DNA of 8,933 nucleotides from a virus (Duplodnaviria; Heunggongvirae; Uroviricota; Caudoviricetes): IMG/VR virus record IMGVR_UViG_2703718803_000022; one strand, 5' to 3'. Shown piece by piece: positions 6,193 to 8,933 of this stretch (position 1 is its first letter; each line of letters starts with the position of its first letter). The notes under the pieces were generated by a model. It saw only the letters and a program-made list of their open reading frames with translations, ran no database searches and was not told where the DNA came from. The position numbers and the translations under genes were made by a program.

Positions 6193-6426
6193 ATGAAAAT
6201 CACATTTGAAAGTTACGGTTTAACAGCAAGTGTGGTTATCTCCAGCTCTATATTCGAAAGCCGCAAACATCAGCATATCGTTGATGCAGTGAAACTCAAA
6301 GCCCCGGAAGTTACCGTCACAACACATGGACTTTTCAGGATACGAACGACGTTGACTACAACACACCTCTCGGCATGCCGTGTTTATGATATGGCACTCA
6401 AGGAATACAACCAGTGTTCGTCCTGA
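6193..6426 (+). CDS. Hypothetical small protein (77 aa)
   Basis: ATG 6193 with GAGGA 7 nt upstream. The ORF-track extension back to GTG 6046 crosses the AT-rich promoter-like stretch and was judged less likely. Confidence 0.5.
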   Translation: MKITFESYGLTASVVISSSIFESRKHQHIVDAVKLKAPEVTVTTHGLFRIRTTLTTTHLSACRVYDMALKEYNQCSS

Positions 6427-6665
6427 TCCAGCGCGGGCAGTCTTTCGTTGATGCCAACAACTATCCGGTAGAAATATGCAAGGTAACTCTGACTCAGGTG
6501 ATCTACCGAAGGCTCGACGGCAGAACCAGAGCCACTTCAATTGGTGCATTTAATGAAGAATTTGAGCGAATCGAGCACAACGAACTGCATATGATTAAAG
6601 CGGAAATTGAGAAGGAAAAGCATATTGCCAGCCTTCGAAAAATGCGCCGTACATCAATCAACTGA
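6414..6665 (+). CDS. Hypothetical small protein (83 aa), last gene before the terminator
   Basis: GTG 6414 with AGGA about 9 nt upstream. Overlaps the previous gene by 13 nt. Stop is followed immediately by a hairpin terminator. Confidence 0.5.
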   Translation: MFVLIQRGQSFVDANNYPVEICKVTLTQVIYRRLDGRTRATSIGAFNEEFERIEHNELHMIKAEIEKEKHIASLRKMRRTSIN

Positions 6666-6690
6666 CAACCGCCTTCGGGCGGTTTTTTCT
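6666..6690 (+). terminator. Rho-independent terminator (CCGCC-TTCG-GGCGG stem-loop plus T6)
   Basis: aaCCGCCttcgGGCGGtttttt at 6667-6688: a 5-bp GC stem with a TTCG tetraloop followed by six T residues, 1 bp after the upstream stop codon. Confidence 0.75.
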
Positions 6691-6710
6691 TACACATGCA
6701 GAGGCAACTT

Positions 6711-6995
6711 ATGCGCGAGTTAGTAAACCAACATAACCATGGCATTCAGCCAGTCATCACACCTGTTGTACAGATAAATGCGAATGAATGGGTAACACTG
6801 GAGCTTTTAATGGCTGTAACAGGCCTGAGAAAAGGAACAATATTACGCGCCAGGGACAGTGCGTGGATGAACGGCAGAGAATATAAACAAATCGCCCCCG
6901 ACGGAACGCCAAAGAAAAACAGCGAATGTCTCTATCATCTTCCTACCATCAACACTTGGATCAAAAACCAACCCTTACCATCTCAGGATGTTTAA
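6711..6995 (+). CDS. xis: Excisionase (lambdoid Xis-like)
   Basis: Immediately upstream of int. Segment EWVTLELLMAVTGLRKGTILRARDSAWMNGREYKQIAPDGTPKKNSECLY matches my recollection of lambdoid excisionase-family proteins. ATG 6711 preferred (GAGG 6 nt upstream) over the ORF-track ATG 6696. Confidence 0.75.
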   Translation: MRELVNQHNHGIQPVITPVVQINANEWVTLELLMAVTGLRKGTILRARDSAWMNGREYKQIAPDGTPKKNSECLYHLPTINTWIKNQPLPSQDV

Positions 6996-7047
6996 TTCTT
7001 GTCCATAAGAGTATAACCTGAGCGTGCTCTTGGACGCAGGAGGAACA

Positions 7048-8358
7048 ATGGCGAATTCAGCCTATCCAGCCGGCGTTGAAAATCACGGAGGAAAACTCCG
7101 AATAACGTTTAAGTACAGGGGTAAACGAGTGCGCGAAAATCTTCGCGTGCCCGATACACCGAAAAACAGAAAGATCGCTGGTGAGTTAAGGGCTTCGGTC
7201 TGCTTTGCAATCAGAACAGGAACGTTTGATTATGCCGATCGATTCCCTGACTCACCTAACCTGAAGCTATTTGGCCTGGTAAAAAAAGATATCACCGTCG
7301 GTGAACTGGCACAGAAATGGCTTACTCTGAAAGTAATGGAAATCAGTAGTAACGCCTTAAATCGTTATCAATCAGTGATGAAAAATATGCTACCGAGGCT
7401 TGGTCCTGGCAGGCTGGCGTCATCGATTACAAAAGAAGATCTGCTGTTTATCAGGAAAGATTTACTGACCGGGGAAAAGGGAAGCAGGAAAACCAGCACG
7501 TCCCGAAAAGGAAGAACCGTACCCACAGTGAACTATTACATGACAACAACAGCCGGAATGTTCAGCTTTGCCGCCGAAAACGGGTATCTGGAGAAAAACC
7601 CCTTTAATTCAATAACACCGCTGAGGAAATCAAAACCAGTGCCGGATCCACTGACCAGAGATGAGTTTAGCCGTCTCATTGATGCCTGCCATCATCAACA
7701 GACCAAAAACCTCTGGACAGTGGCTGTTTTTACAGGGATGCGACACGGTGAAATTGCCGCACTTGCATGGGAGGATATCGACCTGAAAGCTGGCACGATA
7801 ACAGTGCGACGAAATTTTACAAAAATAGGTGATTTTACGCTACCAAAGACCGACGCAGGCACTAACCGGGTTATACATCTTCTGGCACCAGCAATTGAAG
7901 CACTTAAAAACCAGGCGATGCTTACTCGTCTTAGCAGGCAGCATCAGATCACTGTTCAATTACGCGAGTACGGAAGAACAATTTTGCACGAGTGCACTTT
8001 TGTTTTCTGTCCGCAAATCGTTCGCAAGAATCACAAGGCGGGTATTAACTACGCGGTAAGCTCCATCGGAGCGACATGGGATTCAGCAATAAAAAGAGCG
8101 GGTATCCGATCCCGTAAAGCGTATCAGTCACGCCATACCTATGCGTGCTGGGCTTTATCTGCCGGAGCAAACCCGACATTTATTGCATCACAGATGGGGC
8201 ACTCCAGCGCCAGCATGGTCTACAATGTTTATGGTGCATGGATGCCTGAGTGCAGCGTGACTCAGGTTGCCATGTTGAATAATGTCCTTAATGCCCGTGC
8301 CCCAGACGTGCCCCAAAGTGACCAGGAGGATGAAATAAAATTATATTTTTCAAAATGA
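7048..8358 (+). CDS. int: Tyrosine site-specific integrase (lambda-Int family)
   Basis: 436 aa from ATG 7048 (AGGAGG 4-5 nt upstream; the track's GTG 7024 has no RBS). N-terminal arm-binding-like domain and C-terminal catalytic region with ...GMRHGE..., ...[10 protein letters not shown]... and ...[10 protein letters not shown] (candidate catalytic Tyr). Adjacent to an att site, as for lambdoid int. Confidence 0.9.
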   Translation: MANSAYPAGVENHGGKLRITFKYRGKRVRENLRVPDTPKNRKIAGELRASVCFAIRTGTFDYADRFPDSPNLKLFGLVKKDITVGELAQKWLTLKVMEISSNALNRYQSVMKNMLPRLGPGRLASSITKEDLLFIRKDLLTGEKGSRKTSTSRKGRTVPTVNYYMTTTAGMFSFAAENGYLEKNPFNSITPLRKSKPVPDPLTRDEFSRLIDACHHQQTKNLWTVAVFTGMRHGEIAALAWEDIDLKAGTITVRRNFTKIGDFTLPKTDAGTNRVIHLLAPAIEALKNQAMLTRLSRQHQITVQLREYGRTILHECTFVFCPQIVRKNHKAGINYAVSSIGATWDSAIKRAGIRSRKAYQSRHTYACWALSAGANPTFIASQMGHSSASMVYNVYGAWMPECSVTQVAMLNNVLNARAPDVPQSDQEDEIKLYFSK

Positions 8359-8933
8359 TAAACCATATCCTTAGTCATGTTGAAACGATGGCACGCGCAG
8401 TCGCTGAGGGTGCAAGCAAAGTCGATGGCGCAGAAGTTGTCGTTAAGCGTGTACCGGAAACCATGCCGCCGCAATTATTTGAAAAAGCAGGCGGTAAAAC
8501 GCAAACTGCACCGGTTGCAACCCCGCAAGAACTGGCCGATTACGACGCCATTATTTTTGGTACACCTACCCGCTTTGGCAACATGTCCGGTCAAATGCGT
8601 ACCTTCCTCGACCAGACGGGCGGCCTGTGGGCTTCCGGCGCACTATACGGAAAACTGGCGAGCGTCTTTAGTTCCACCGGTACTGGCGGCGGTCAGGAAC
8701 AAACTATTACTTCAACCTGGACGACCCTTGCGCATCACGGCATGGTAATTGTCCCCATTGGCTACGCAGCGCAGGAATTATTTGACGTTTCACAGGTTCG
8801 CGGCGGTACGCCGTACGGCGCAACCACCATCGCAGGCGGTGACGGCTCACGCCAGCCAAGCCAGGAAGAACTGTCTATTGCTCGTTATCAAGGGGAATAT
8901 GTCGCAGGTCTGGCAGTTAAACTTAACGGCTAA
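8355..8933 (+). CDS. wrbA: wrbA (NAD(P)H:quinone oxidoreductase) 3' portion, residues about 16-198, fused in frame to a phage-derived 9-codon N-terminus (MINHILSHV)
   Basis: Protein from [30 protein letters not shown]... to ...[11 protein letters not shown] matches E. coli WrbA as I recall it. The native N-terminus MAKVLVLYYSMYGHI is replaced. ATG 8355 overlaps the int stop (ATGA). Confidence 0.85.
   Translation: MINHILSHVETMARAVAEGASKVDGAEVVVKRVPETMPPQLFEKAGGKTQTAPVATPQELADYDAIIFGTPTRFGNMSGQMRTFLDQTGGLWASGALYGKLASVFSSTGTGGGQEQTITSTWTTLAHHGMVIVPIGYAAQELFDVSQVRGGTPYGATTIAGGDGSRQPSQEELSIARYQGEYVAGLAVKLNG
8375..8400. other. Approximate attL crossover region (phage/host junction inside wrbA)
   Basis: From about 8380 onward the sequence encodes WrbA exactly as I recall it ([16 protein letters not shown]...). 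Upstream of about 8378 the sequence no longer encodes the WrbA N-terminus. The core cannot be delimited from one junction alone. Confidence 0.45.

Noticed and set aside
8377-8748. 123-aa + strand ORF in an alternative frame inside wrbA
   Set aside because: It lies entirely within the wrbA reading frame, which encodes a protein I recognise; the alternative frame gives an Arg/Leu/Pro-rich product typical of an off-frame artefact. The + strand alternative-frame ORFs 934-1125, 2273-2524, 2884-3144, 4243-4506 and 7829-8059 are rejected for the same reason.
1-8933. Shiga toxin or other cargo toxin genes, suggested by the wrbA integration site
   Set aside because: The window covers only the int-proximal early-left region. 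No stx-like or other toxin coding sequence is present, and the identity of the phage cannot be settled from this window.

Overview
This window reads as the int-proximal (attL) end of a lambdoid prophage inserted into the 5' end of the host gene wrbA, with a truncated IS3-family element (IS629-like) at the left edge. All credible genes lie on the + strand and run toward the attachment site. From left to right: a Sak4-like RecA-core ATPase and an SSB-like protein (recombination module); a tightly packed, translationally coupled run of about 13 small accessory genes (an Ea22-like protein, two paralogous modular proteins sharing a 104-bp identical 5' module, a PD-(D/E)XK nuclease-like protein, a DUF551-type protein, a putative winged-helix protein with a 9-bp x4 coding tandem repeat); a rho-independent terminator; excisionase; tyrosine integrase; and the 3' portion of wrbA fused to a phage-supplied start codon. 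No rRNA, tRNA, CRISPR array or toxin gene was seen. Product calls rest on motifs and recollection of protein families, not on database searches. The best candidates for something undescribed are the nuclease-containing cassette bracketed by the duplicated 5' modules, the modular paralog family itself, and the uncharacterised operons at 1711-2808 and 6071-6665.
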